61,106 bases of DNA from a virus (lineage: Duplodnaviria; Caudoviricetes), in the IMG/VR virus record IMGVR_UViG_3300021335_000016, positions 1 to 61,106 of that record; one strand, given 5' to 3'. The translations under genes were made by a program, and so were the position numbers. Shown piece after piece: positions 47,381 to 56,622 of this stretch. Under the pieces are notes generated by a model, which was not told the DNA's origin, did not search any database, and saw only the letters and a program-made list of their open reading frames with translations. The number at the start of each line of letters is the position of its first letter. The first letter of the stretch is position 1.

Positions 47381-48712
47381 TTAATTCTGATTCAGTTGTT
47401 CACTGCCCAATCTTGGGTCAGTGCTTGTTTTAGTTGCTGTCACAGTTGCAGTCAATCTATTTTGGAAAATAGTATACATAACTTTTTGAATGAGATATTT
47501 ACCTGACCTTTTCTTATCCCTAACAGTTTCTTCATTAGACTTTTCTTCTGCTGGGATATCTTTCTGAATATAGATATCCATCTGTTTACCAAGTTTATCA
47601 AACCCAAAAGAAATACCGGGAACAGTAATATTAATGGGTTGCTGATCCATGAATGAATAGATTGCTCTAGATTGTGCTTTATACAAATGCTTATCTACAG
47701 TTTCTTCTTCCAAGAAAGAGAACTTATCATCAAATAATTTTCTAGTTGCAATCTGTGTAGTATATGTATTTTGACCAGTATGGTAAGTTCTTCCTGTGCT
47801 AAATCCAGGGTCATAATTATATAGTGTAGAACCATTAGGTTTAGGTAAACTGCCTAATGGTTTTGTCAAGTCGTAAATAACTTCTTCACCACCATACTCA
47901 TATGTATCAACAAATTGGTAATAACCACCATATACATTTCTAGCCATTGCCAATAATGTATCTTCATTATTGTTGATTGTATAGTTTGTGATTTTTTTAC
48001 TTAGGATAGCATAGTCTTCTGGTGAACCTGGTGATTTGCTAGCTGATGTGGCAAAAGTATATGGATCACCATCATTAAATGCACCTTGTCCCAAAAGAAC
48101 AGAAATATCTTTTAGTTGTAGTTCATTGTCAACCATAGTAGAATAAAAATAAAACGGAATACCAGAACCATTCGTGCATCTTGCAGCCACCCAATTTGCT
48201 GCTTCTAAAGGTGATACTGTAAATGGAAATACCACTCTCATATCAGATTGTGCTGGACTACCTTCTGGTTTTACAGCAACACCCAACTGCTCAGAACAAA
48301 TTTGATTACAAATAACATCAGGTGTGCCTTCATATACTTTGCTGAATCTCGTAAGATTACTCAGCATCACATGCTCTTCAACAAGCTTTACAGCAAATGC
48401 AGACTTATCATCACCGACCTTTTGCCCAAAGTCAATACCCATGCAAATGAATTCTTTGTTTACAATAGGTTGTAAATCTGCATCTAATACTATGATCTGA
48501 ACTTTTTCTTGCCCTTGGAAATGAACAGCATTAGAAGCGTTAGCAGAATCAATAATAACCAAACGACCCGTTATGTAAGGAAGTCCAATGTTCTCATACA
48601 TGTTGACTTCTGCAACAATCTTTGTAATTTCTCTTTGACCATATCTCGGAGAAGAAACATAAACTCTTGTTTGAGCAACATATAAAGGATGATGTTTACC
48701 AGTGGTACTCAT
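47381..48712 (-). CDS. Baseplate hub protein, gp27-like
   Basis: Lies between gp53 and gp5; YENI..PYITG...I.D, GQEKV, FYFY, ITVPG, DK..SGKYLI. Confidence 0.7.
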   Translation of the reverse strand: MSTTGKHHPLYVAQTRVYVSSPRYGQREITKIVAEVNMYENIGLPYITGRLVIIDSANASNAVHFQGQEKVQIIVLDADLQPIVNKEFICMGIDFGQKVGDDKSAFAVKLVEEHVMLSNLTRFSKVYEGTPDVICNQICSEQLGVAVKPEGSPAQSDMRVVFPFTVSPLEAANWVAARCTNGSGIPFYFYSTMVDNELQLKDISVLLGQGAFNDGDPYTFATSASKSPGSPEDYAILSKKITNYTINNNEDTLLAMARNVYGGYYQFVDTYEYGGEEVIYDLTKPLGSLPKPNGSTLYNYDPGFSTGRTYHTGQNTYTTQIATRKLFDDKFSFLEEETVDKHLYKAQSRAIYSFMDQQPINITVPGISFGFDKLGKQMDIYIQKDIPAEEKSNEETVRDKKRSGKYLIQKVMYTIFQNRLTATVTATKTSTDPRLGSEQLNQN

Positions 48713-50589
48713 TAATAACTACTTCCCCCACCACCAGAAGAAGCTGATGATGTAGTAGTAGACGCTGTAGAAGTAAATGAAGCATCACCAGATACTATGC
48801 TGATAGTATCTTCAATTTGTTCTGACTGAGATTCAGAAAGAATTCTCTTAAATGCTGTATCAAATTGGACAATAACTTCAGGTCGCAAAACTTTAATAGT
48901 TCTAACTTCTTCATTCTCTCTTTCATAACGTTCTAAGAATGTTACAGGTGTGATTGTCGCAGGAACTAGAGTATCATAATTAGTTGAAATATAATTTTCA
49001 AATTCATTTTGAACAAATACAAAAGATGCATTATTATCTAATGTGTTGTCAATAGTCTTGTCACTAATAAAAGGAGATTGTGAAATCAATGTTCCCGTAT
49101 TACCAACATTACTATACACTACAAAATTTCTTTCATCTTCATCATCAGGGCTGTTTGCTTCAATATCATCAAAAGCGAGTTCTGCGTAAGGATATAAATA
49201 GTCATCATCGGGATCATCGGGATCATCGTTAGGGTTAGGTATCCTATAATTTCGGACACTTGCGTTCACATCTGATCTAAACTCAAATCCAAGATATTGA
49301 GGAACATTAGATTCTGCACCATATAAATTCAATTGATTATCAACCAAAGTAAATGTATGATAAACAAATGAAGTAGGAGGCGTACCACCAGCCTGACCAA
49401 TACTATTAATAATAGCACCTAATTGTAATGCAATTACTGTTGAAAATGCTTCATCAATACCAAGAACACCAACCAAAAAGTTGTTTGACCAATCTGCAAT
49501 AGTATAACTATCATCATTATTAAACTGTTGCTGTAATGCACCACCAATAAGAAGTGCTGAACCACCTGGAATAAGGTTGCCTAATACAGACTGAGTTGTA
49601 ACTTCATCCAAGCTAAAGTTTGTGTAAATAGAACTTAGGTTAGAAATATTAATCTTGTCAATAACAAATTTATCACCTGTCAGTTCTGTAGATAAAGGAT
49701 TCATATATCCTTGTAGTGCTAAAGCAGCTGCACTGCCTGTCCAAATAATTTCATAGGACACTCTTTGAATGAATGGCGCCTGTGGTGCAATATCTACATA
49801 GTTACCATCAGAACCTTCATAGTGATGTTTTGCATTATATTCATCTACTACTTTATCAATAACAATATTTTTCTCTACTTCATCTTCTGTAGTAAGAATT
49901 GTTTCACCATTAATAAAATTAGCATCTGTTAAGATTTTTGTTACAATTGAATATTGAAATCCAAATGAAAGGTTACTAATAGTTGCTTCTGTTTTATCTT
50001 CTGAAATAAGAATTGTGTGATTTGTTACAACAGTATTTGTAGTAGTATTAGTAACAACCCAATCACTACTATTTACAAAAGTATGGTCAGTAGTTAATTC
50101 AATATCTATATCACTATTCGTATCTGGTGTGCCTGTAAATGTTTCATTTGTTGGAGTTTTTTCAACAATAATCTGACCCATATCAGGTCTTCTTCTGAGG
50201 ATTTTACCTGTAACACCAGAAGTCTGCCCTTCAATATTACTACCTGTTAAGAATTGTTCTGAAAGGTTTGCTCTAGTTGTAAGAGCAATATTTGGATATT
50301 CTTCCTTTGCCTTATCACTAATTCTAGACCGAGTTAGTGGCCAACCTCTTCTCTTCAGTTCATCATTAAGCAGATAGAATGTCCAATGATAATCTGGGGA
50401 ACCATAGAGATAATTAGAAACCTGATCTGGTCTATCTCCGTCTCTCAGATTATATTCCTCATAGTAAGAAATGTCATCTTTTACTCTGTCAATCAAGTCA
50501 ATATATGCACCAATGTCTTGAAATTGAGTAGATGTGGTTTCATCACCAAACCGATAATTGATAGTTGGATAATTCTTAAAATATGACAT
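48712..50589 (-). CDS. gp53: Baseplate wedge subunit with large insertions
   Basis: YF..YP.I.Y, Y...DGDRPDQVS..LYGSPDYHWTF.L.N, WPL, HHYE, E...NE..R.IKVLRPE. Confidence 0.85.
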   Translation of the reverse strand: MSYFKNYPTINYRFGDETTSTQFQDIGAYIDLIDRVKDDISYYEEYNLRDGDRPDQVSNYLYGSPDYHWTFYLLNDELKRRGWPLTRSRISDKAKEEYPNIALTTRANLSEQFLTGSNIEGQTSGVTGKILRRRPDMGQIIVEKTPTNETFTGTPDTNSDIDIELTTDHTFVNSSDWVVTNTTTNTVVTNHTILISEDKTEATISNLSFGFQYSIVTKILTDANFINGETILTTEDEVEKNIVIDKVVDEYNAKHHYEGSDGNYVDIAPQAPFIQRVSYEIIWTGSAAALALQGYMNPLSTELTGDKFVIDKINISNLSSIYTNFSLDEVTTQSVLGNLIPGGSALLIGGALQQQFNNDDSYTIADWSNNFLVGVLGIDEAFSTVIALQLGAIINSIGQAGGTPPTSFVYHTFTLVDNQLNLYGAESNVPQYLGFEFRSDVNASVRNYRIPNPNDDPDDPDDDYLYPYAELAFDDIEANSPDDEDERNFVVYSNVGNTGTLISQSPFISDKTIDNTLDNNASFVFVQNEFENYISTNYDTLVPATITPVTFLERYERENEEVRTIKVLRPEVIVQFDTAFKRILSESQSEQIEDTISIVSGDASFTSTASTTTSSASSGGGGSSY

Positions 50590-51416
50590 TAGTATCCACC
50601 CTTAATATCTTCTTTATTCAATGCTCTTTCTTCTTGGAAAGACATTGTGAGTTGAACTTCATTCGCCTTACCATCTTTAAAGAAAGAAGAAGACCTTGGG
50701 TTTAATGTAGTGTTTACACTTGTCAAATAACTTGGTAGAATTTTAGGTGCTTGTGACATCTTTCTACCACCATAGAAGAATGTAATATAAAACTTTGATG
50801 GAAACTTATATCCCAAGTCTCCTGCAATTTTATCTGGGTATGCATTCTCTCTAAAAAAGTCTACAATATCTTCAATTGACTGGCTCTCAGCTTGACTTTG
50901 TGGACTCATCAAAAATGAAAATGTAAATGTCCTTAGAGCAACATCTCTAAAAACAGAACGTTTGTGTGGGTTTGCTGTAACTGCTGTACCAGATGAAACA
51001 GCACCAGATAGACCTGGAGCTAGATCATCTGCCATTCCTTGCACCAAAATACTTGTAACAGGAACTACACCATTTTGCAAAATATTTTTTACATCTCCTG
51101 TGCCACCAAGTGTGTCCATTGCTCCGGTCACCAATCCTCCAAGGTTTGCGTTGGCTGCCCCAATCTGAGATGCAAGTCCTTGCTCATTTGGACTACCAGC
51201 GGACTGACCAGAAATTGAGGCAGCACCCCTTCTGACCATTTCACCTACATAACCCAAGTTAGCATTATCATATACTAATCCATCAGAAAAATTTACTGCC
51301 TCTGGGAAGTATAGATTAGCAACACCGCCGAATGAACCACTTGATCCTTTTGCCATGAAAGATACTCGGGCTTTGTATTTTTCATCTTGTTCAATGGGAA
51401 ATTTTAATCCAGCCAT
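50589..51416 (-). CDS. gp48: Baseplate tail-tube cap
   Basis: LYFPE, NPH...F..V.LRTFTFSF.M.PQS..ES..I..IV..F, P..F.I.F, L.MSFQE..AL. Confidence 0.85.
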   Translation of the reverse strand: MAGLKFPIEQDEKYKARVSFMAKGSSGSFGGVANLYFPEAVNFSDGLVYDNANLGYVGEMVRRGAASISGQSAGSPNEQGLASQIGAANANLGGLVTGAMDTLGGTGDVKNILQNGVVPVTSILVQGMADDLAPGLSGAVSSGTAVTANPHKRSVFRDVALRTFTFSFLMSPQSQAESQSIEDIVDFFRENAYPDKIAGDLGYKFPSKFYITFFYGGRKMSQAPKILPSYLTSVNTTLNPRSSSFFKDGKANEVQLTMSFQEERALNKEDIKGGY

Positions 51417-51425
51417 TAGTGGTCC

Positions 51426-51458
51426 TATAAATATTTAAATAGTTTATACTTATTTATA
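51426..51458. promoter_or_regulatory. Pair of face-to-face late promoters (+ 51426-51433; - 51451-51458)
   Basis: TATAAATA on both strands in the 49-bp gap between gp48 and gp4. Confidence 0.8.
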
Positions 51459-51465
51459 TGGTGTT

Positions 51466-51903
51466 ATGAAAACTTACAAAGGTAAATACAAGATTAAGAA
51501 ACCTGAGAAATACGATGGTGACCATACACAGGTTATTTATCGTTCTTATTGGGAAAAATTTGCGTTCAAATGGGTTGAAGACCAGTCTGATATTAAATCA
51601 TGGTCTTCTGAAGAAACTGTGATTCCATATATTAGTGCAGTTGATAACAAATATCATCGGTATTTTGTTGATTTGAAACTAAATATGAAAGACGGTAGAA
51701 CTATTCTGGTAGAGATTAAACCAGATAAGCAAACTAAACCACCAAAGAGTAAACGCAGAACAAAACGATTTATATCTGAATCATTAGAGTATGTCAAGAA
51801 CCAATGTAAGTGGCAAGCAGCTAATGAGTATTGCCTAGATAGAGGATGGCACTTTCAGATATGGACAGAACATACACTAAAGCAAATGGGAATGAAAGTT
51901 TAA
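51466..51903 (+). CDS. gp4: Head completion nuclease (TnsA-like fold)
   Basis: YKGKY....PEKY.GD...VIYRSYWE, WSSEE..IPY....D.KYHRYFVD, LVEIKP.KQT, N..KW.AA. Confidence 0.93.
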   Translation: MKTYKGKYKIKKPEKYDGDHTQVIYRSYWEKFAFKWVEDQSDIKSWSSEETVIPYISAVDNKYHRYFVDLKLNMKDGRTILVEIKPDKQTKPPKSKRRTKRFISESLEYVKNQCKWQAANEYCLDRGWHFQIWTEHTLKQMGMKV

Positions 51904-52491
51904 ATGGCAGGACTATTTCAGAAACTAGAGTTTGAAGCCTTTCGTAAAGGGATTACTCCTAGAAGTAAAGAGTCCCGTGCATGGTTTATGAACAAGGCAA
52001 AGAACTTGAATGTCAGTAGAAGTAAACTGATGAAAGAAGACCCTATTGAACTGCGTAGTCGTCCTGCTGTCGGTAGAATGTATATGTATTTCTACGACCC
52101 TAAGCACAAAGAGACACTGCCATACTATGATAGATTTCCTCTTATCATTATGGTAGGTCCAGCACCTAGAGGTTTTATGGGACTGAATTTACACTATTTA
52201 CCACTTGATGTTAGAGCAAAATTCTTAGATACACTGCTTGGCACTATAAATAATGAAAGATATGATGAATCTACTCGTTTCAGGTTGTCCTATGATATGT
52301 TAAAACGTGCATCTAGATTGAAAGCATTTAGACCTTGTTTAAAGAGATACCTAAGTTCTCATGTGCGTTCTAGACTTGCTTTAGTGCCAGCACCCGAATG
52401 GGAGATTGCTACATTCTTACCTACAGCAGACTTTGAAAAGGCAAGTAGCAGTGAAGTATACAAAGACTCTAGAAGAAAGATGAGAGCCTAA
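51904..52491 (+). CDS. gp2: DNA end protector protein
   Basis: GRMYMYFYDPKHKETLPYYDRFPL, GLNLHYLP, PCLKRYL..HV.S. Confidence 0.93.
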   Translation: MAGLFQKLEFEAFRKGITPRSKESRAWFMNKAKNLNVSRSKLMKEDPIELRSRPAVGRMYMYFYDPKHKETLPYYDRFPLIIMVGPAPRGFMGLNLHYLPLDVRAKFLDTLLGTINNERYDESTRFRLSYDMLKRASRLKAFRPCLKRYLSSHVRSRLALVPAPEWEIATFLPTADFEKASSSEVYKDSRRKMRA

Positions 52492-52991
52492 TGGCAAGCA
52501 TTGAAGATTTAAAAGGTGTGTTTTCCAGCAAACCACCTGCACAACCAGATAGATACCGAATTAAGATTCCTGGTCTAAACAGAGAAGGTGATATTCTCTG
52601 TCAGGCAACAAACTTGCCCGGTAGACAGATTACGACTACTGAAAGACGTATCGGTATGGTAACACAAAAGATGCCATATGGATTTATTTTTGATGATGTG
52701 AGTTTGTCTTTCTTGCTAGACAATGAGTATTCTGTCAAGAACTATTTTGAAGATTGGCACGAAAAGATTATTGGTTTTGATACCTATGAACTTTCATATA
52801 AAAACGAATACACAGAAGATGTTCAAATTGAACAATTAGACAAAAAAGAAGAATCTGTGATTTATGGGGTAAAGTTAAAGGGTGCTTTTCCTGTCACAGT
52901 AAACCCTATTGAATTGGGTGACGGACTACAAAACCAAATCACCCAAGTAAACGTACAACTTGCATTCACTGATTGGGAACGCACTACTTAA
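52491..52991 (+). CDS. Baseplate tail-tube initiator (gp54/gp19-like)
   Basis: LC....LPGR.I.T, PYG..FDDV.LSF, F..W...I, I.QLD, L..AFP..V..I.L indicate a tube-fold paralogue. Confidence 0.78.
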   Translation: MASIEDLKGVFSSKPPAQPDRYRIKIPGLNREGDILCQATNLPGRQITTTERRIGMVTQKMPYGFIFDDVSLSFLLDNEYSVKNYFEDWHEKIIGFDTYELSYKNEYTEDVQIEQLDKKEESVIYGVKLKGAFPVTVNPIELGDGLQNQITQVNVQLAFTDWERTT

Positions 52992-53003
52992 TGGAGTTAT
53001 AAA

Positions 53004-53720
53004 ATGGCTTTACCTAAACTTAATGAGTCGATTAAATATACTACTAAAATTCCTTCTAGTGGCAAACAAGTAAAATTCAGACCATACCTTGTCAAAGAGG
53101 AAAAGGTTCTGATGATGGCACTAGAAACTGAAGATAAGAAAGTTGCACTAGATGCAATTGCAGATACTATCAATGCCTGTGTTGATGAAGATGTTAATGT
53201 TTATAGTCTTCCTGTATTTGATATTGAATACTTGTTCACACAGATTAGATCAAAGTCTGTAGGTGAATCTTCTACTGTAAATATTTCTTGTTCAGAATGT
53301 AAAACACCTAATGCAGTCAGTGTTGACTTGAGTAAGATTAAGGTTGCTGTTCCTAAGACAATCAAACCAATTAAACTTACTGATGACATGACTTTGACAC
53401 TCAAGTATCCAGTGTTAGCTGAAGTAACAGATACTATGCTAGAAAACGAACAAAATAATGCATCACAGACACAGCAGATTTTTGATTTGATTGCAATTTG
53501 TTTAGATAGTCTGGAGACAGAAGAAGAAAAGATTAGTTTTGCTGATGAGTCTAAAGAGGAAGTAATGGCATTCTTGGAATCATTTAGCAATAAACAATTT
53601 GAAGAAGTGAGAAAGTTTGTTGAAGACTTACCTCAGATTAAACATGATGTGAAGTTTGAATGTGAAAGTTGTCAACATGAAAATGAGATTACTTTGAAAG
53701 GCACTAGTGATTTTTTTTAG
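53004..53720 (+). CDS. gp26: Baseplate hub assembly protein / tail chaperone
   Basis: MALPK, KFRPYLVKEEK.L, FDIEYLF..IRSKSVGE, two CxxC motifs, ends SDFF. Confidence 0.88.
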   Translation: MALPKLNESIKYTTKIPSSGKQVKFRPYLVKEEKVLMMALETEDKKVALDAIADTINACVDEDVNVYSLPVFDIEYLFTQIRSKSVGESSTVNISCSECKTPNAVSVDLSKIKVAVPKTIKPIKLTDDMTLTLKYPVLAEVTDTMLENEQNNASQTQQIFDLIAICLDSLETEEEKISFADESKEEVMAFLESFSNKQFEEVRKFVEDLPQIKHDVKFECESCQHENEITLKGTSDFF

Positions 53721-53899
53721 TATGCCTCTCACATGATAGTTTAGTAAATCACTATACAGTAAACTTTCAGTTGATGCAGCACCATAAATATTCATTGACA
53801 GAATTAGATAATATGATGCCTTGGGAACGTGAAGTCTACCTTACTATGCTTTTACAATGGTTAAAAGAAGAAGCAGAAAAACAGAAGCAGAGACAATAA
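53711..53899 (+). CDS. gp51: gp51-like baseplate hub assembly segment in the -1 frame of gp26
   Basis: Not in the ORF track. Translates FFLVCLSHDSLVNHYTVNFQLMQHHKYSLTELDNMMPWEREVYLTMLLQWLKEEAEKQKQRQ*. The first ATG (53774) lies inside the conserved block. Confidence 0.85.
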   Translation, partial: FFLVCLSHDSLVNHYTVNFQLMQHHKYSLTELDNMMPWEREVYLTMLLQWLKEEAEKQKQRQ

Positions 53900-55558
53900 A
53901 TGGCTTTAACAGATGTTATTGACAGACTTACAGAAGTCAATGAAGAACAGTTGGTAGAAACTCAATTCATTAAAACTGAGATTGAAACCCTAACTGACAG
54001 GGTGACAAGTCTGCTTGAGTTGAATAAGCAGGACAGACTAGACCGTTTGGAAGCAATGCGTGAAGGTGCAGGAATCTCCGCTCCGAGTATGACTGCTGGT
54101 GGTGTGACCAATGATAAAACTGGTGGTCTTTTCAATTTAGGTAATTTTGGAATATTAGACCTTTTGGGATTATCAGCTCTTTTTGACAGAGTTAAACAAA
54201 TTTTTGGTGTTATAGGATCAATTGTAGTAGCATTGGGTAGAGTGTTTTCAGTTGGAGCTTTAGCTGCACTAGAAGGAACATTAAAACTTTTACAAGGTTC
54301 ATTTCAACTAATAGAAGACCTAGCATTTAAATTAAGAAACCTACCCGGATTTGGGAAACTTGCTGATTTCTTATCTAGAATAACTTTAGCATTTGAAGAT
54401 ATGGCAACAAAGGTTGCTAACCTTAGAAAAGCACTGTCAGGACCATTAAAATTTCTTGGAAATATTGGAAAAGTTTTTGGTAAATTATTTTGGCCTTTGA
54501 CTGCTTTTATGGCAGCTTGGTCAGGAGTAAAAGGATTTATTGAAGGATATCAAGAAGACGGTATCATAGGTGGAATCCAAGGTGCTGTTGAAGGAATGTT
54601 TAACACTTTAGTATCTGCTCCATTACAACTTATTACTGATGCCACGGGGTGGTTATTGGGTAAGTTAGGATGGGAAGAAGGTAAGAAATTTTTTGAAAAA
54701 ATTAATTTCGCAGAATTTTTTGGTAGTTTTTTTGATTCGATATTTGGAAATATTAGAATTGTTTTTGATAATATTGGTGATTTATTTCGTGGAGAATTTT
54801 CTTGGGAAAAAGCTAGAGAAACTTTGATGGCTTTACTTAAAATCTTCACTCCAATTGGTATGCTAGGAGAATGGTTGAACAAAGCATTAGATTTTATTAA
54901 ATATGATGTTTTAAAATTTGACCCTGAAGATGCTGACCAAACTCTCATGGGTTACTTGGGTGATCTTTTTAAATCTATTTTTGATACATTGATGGAAACA
55001 GTCAAAAATTTTGGTAAAACTATTAAACGAGACATTGACATGACTGTTACAGCGTTTGGATTTGTATTCATGAATATGTTTGATGAACTTTTACTAGCGA
55101 TTCAAAAAAGAGTAAGAATCAGATTACCTGAACTTCCCGGAGAAGACCTTAAACTTGGAATTGGTCCAGTTGGTATTACAGTACCAAAAGGATTTGTTCT
55201 GGCTGGGCAAGAATTTGGTGTAGGTGATCCTAATGTGACTCAACAGAGAATGCAAAATCGCCAAATACAAATGCTTGATGTAGTTAATCAATACCAAGCA
55301 GCAGGGGGTGGACTATATTCTGGGTATTTCCAACCTATTGCGAATAATTCAGGAGCTGCTGTTCAAGCTCTAAACAATATGACTGGTGCTTCTGGTGGTG
55401 GAACTACTATAATCTATCAAACCACTAATAATGTTTCTGGTGGTGGCGGGGGCAGCACAAGCAGTCCAAATGCTAGTAGTTCTACTGCTGCTGCTTCTAA
55501 TGATTATCAAGGAACGTTAGACGCAACACAATTCATTAGTGGTGGTCCTGCTAGATAA
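53900..55558 (+). CDS. Putative tape measure / baseplate hub protein (gp29-like)
   Basis: 552 aa of amphipathic helices rich in Gly/Phe/Leu, Gly/Ser/Asn-rich C-terminus, follows gp26/gp51. Confidence 0.65.
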   Translation: MALTDVIDRLTEVNEEQLVETQFIKTEIETLTDRVTSLLELNKQDRLDRLEAMREGAGISAPSMTAGGVTNDKTGGLFNLGNFGILDLLGLSALFDRVKQIFGVIGSIVVALGRVFSVGALAALEGTLKLLQGSFQLIEDLAFKLRNLPGFGKLADFLSRITLAFEDMATKVANLRKALSGPLKFLGNIGKVFGKLFWPLTAFMAAWSGVKGFIEGYQEDGIIGGIQGAVEGMFNTLVSAPLQLITDATGWLLGKLGWEEGKKFFEKINFAEFFGSFFDSIFGNIRIVFDNIGDLFRGEFSWEKARETLMALLKIFTPIGMLGEWLNKALDFIKYDVLKFDPEDADQTLMGYLGDLFKSIFDTLMETVKNFGKTIKRDIDMTVTAFGFVFMNMFDELLLAIQKRVRIRLPELPGEDLKLGIGPVGITVPKGFVLAGQEFGVGDPNVTQQRMQNRQIQMLDVVNQYQAAGGGLYSGYFQPIANNSGAAVQALNNMTGASGGGTTIIYQTTNNVSGGGGGSTSSPNASSSTAAASNDYQGTLDATQFISGGPAR

Positions 55559-55561
55559 AAG

Positions 55562-55604
55562 AAACCCCCGGCAGACGGACCTATCAAAAATCTGCCGGGG
55601 GTTT
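55562..55604. terminator. Bidirectional intrinsic terminator between the convergent tape measure and gp32 genes
   Basis: 14-bp perfect stem aaacccccggcaga / tctgccgggggttt, 15-nt loop, T-runs on both strands. Confidence 0.8.
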
Positions 55605-55605
55605 T

Positions 55606-55645
55606 AAAAGTCTCTAGCCGAAAGGAGGGAAAACCAGAGACTTTT
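55606..55645 (-). ncRNA. Candidate structured RNA in the gp32 3' UTR with an anti-SD loop
   Basis: AAAAGUCUCUGGUU-[UUCCCUCCUUUC]-GGCUAGAGACUUUU. The inner G-U pairs form only on the minus strand. Confidence 0.4.
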
Positions 55646-55655
55646 GTTCTAACTT

Positions 55656-56552
55656 CTAGTCTTCATTTGCGAGACGTGAGAAGTATGACATAGTATCATC
55701 ATCACCGTCATCATCAATACTTGGTGCAGATACTGGTTCCACGCTCTTCATAGGAGCAGTATCAGCAGTTACGGAAAGGTCTTCCTGTTGCTGTGGAGTA
55801 AATGTTCCACTCACACCGAGAACAGCATCCAGTCGTGCCTTCAGCTCTTCATAAGACTTATAGTTAGATGGGTCTGTAAACTCACCCAATGGATAGACCT
55901 GAGAGTAAATCTCTTCTAGTTGTGCATCATCTGCCAACTGAGAAGGGGATGCAAACTCAGAACGGTCATAATTACGGTAACCTTCAACATTACGAATCTT
56001 CAGTTTAAAGTCTGCACCTTCCCAAAGATCAAATGGATTGATAGGGTCTTCATCCTCAAACTGAGGCTGCATAGACTCCATCAGTTTATCGTGAATTTTT
56101 TTACCGTACTGGTAGAGGAACACCTTGCCTTCATTCTCAGGATTACCTGAGTCAGATACAACATAGATGTTAGAAACATAGTGCAGGCGTCGTTTCTGAT
56201 CCCGTGCGGTCTGTTTGTCTTCATCCCGACCAGTATTCCATAGCTGCGAGTTTAATTCGCCTACAGGGTCTTTCTGACCAATAGAGGTAAGTGATTTTTC
56301 AATATACCACATACCTGTAGTCTTGCCTTTAAAACCGTGATCCCAATAACGAACCCAAGGAAGTTCTTCACCTTCTGGTGCAGGAAGGAAACGAATAACA
56401 GCATAACCATTACCTGCCTTATCAACAGTAGGTTTCCAGACACGTTCATCTGGACCATTCCGAACATCAGCAGACTCGTTGAGTTTTGCTGCTGCGTTTA
56501 CGAGTTTGTCAATGGAAGAACCACGGGACTTTTTAAGATTTGCAAGAGACAT
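55656..56552 (-). CDS. gp32: Single-stranded DNA-binding protein
   Basis: DERVWKP..DKAGNGYAVIRFLP, WYIE.SL, GKVFLYQYGKKI, PFDLWEGADFKLKIR.V.GY.NYD.SEF, acidic tail ending YF..LA.ED. Confidence 0.97.
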   Translation of the reverse strand: MSLANLKKSRGSSIDKLVNAAAKLNESADVRNGPDERVWKPTVDKAGNGYAVIRFLPAPEGEELPWVRYWDHGFKGKTTGMWYIEKSLTSIGQKDPVGELNSQLWNTGRDEDKQTARDQKRRLHYVSNIYVVSDSGNPENEGKVFLYQYGKKIHDKLMESMQPQFEDEDPINPFDLWEGADFKLKIRNVEGYRNYDRSEFASPSQLADDAQLEEIYSQVYPLGEFTDPSNYKSYEELKARLDAVLGVSGTFTPQQQEDLSVTADTAPMKSVEPVSAPSIDDDGDDDTMSYFSRLANED

Positions 56553-56593
56553 ATTTTTATATTCCTTTGTATTACTGAAGTATTAAGATTTGT

Positions 56594-56622
56594 ATCATAC
56601 TATAAAGTTCAAGTGTTGTCAA
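56594..56622 (-). promoter_or_regulatory. Sigma70-type promoter for gp32
   Basis: TTGACA-17 nt-TATGAT with an upstream A-tract. Confidence 0.75.

Noticed and set aside
23-50586. Many short plus-strand ORFs antisense to structural genes (e.g. 23-298, 3621-4316, 22094-22531, 30947-31423)
   Set aside because: They lie opposite well-supported genes, lack recognisable motifs, and are expected shadows of biased codon usage.
51466-51903. TnsA-like nuclease as evidence of a transposon or homing endonuclease
   Set aside because: Sequence and position next to gp2 match the core T4 head-completion protein gp4. No terminal repeats or transposase partners are present.
55562-55645. tRNA or CRISPR repeat in the double-hairpin region
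   Set aside because: No cloverleaf, T-loop or CCA end. The two hairpins differ in sequence and there is no repeat-spacer periodicity.
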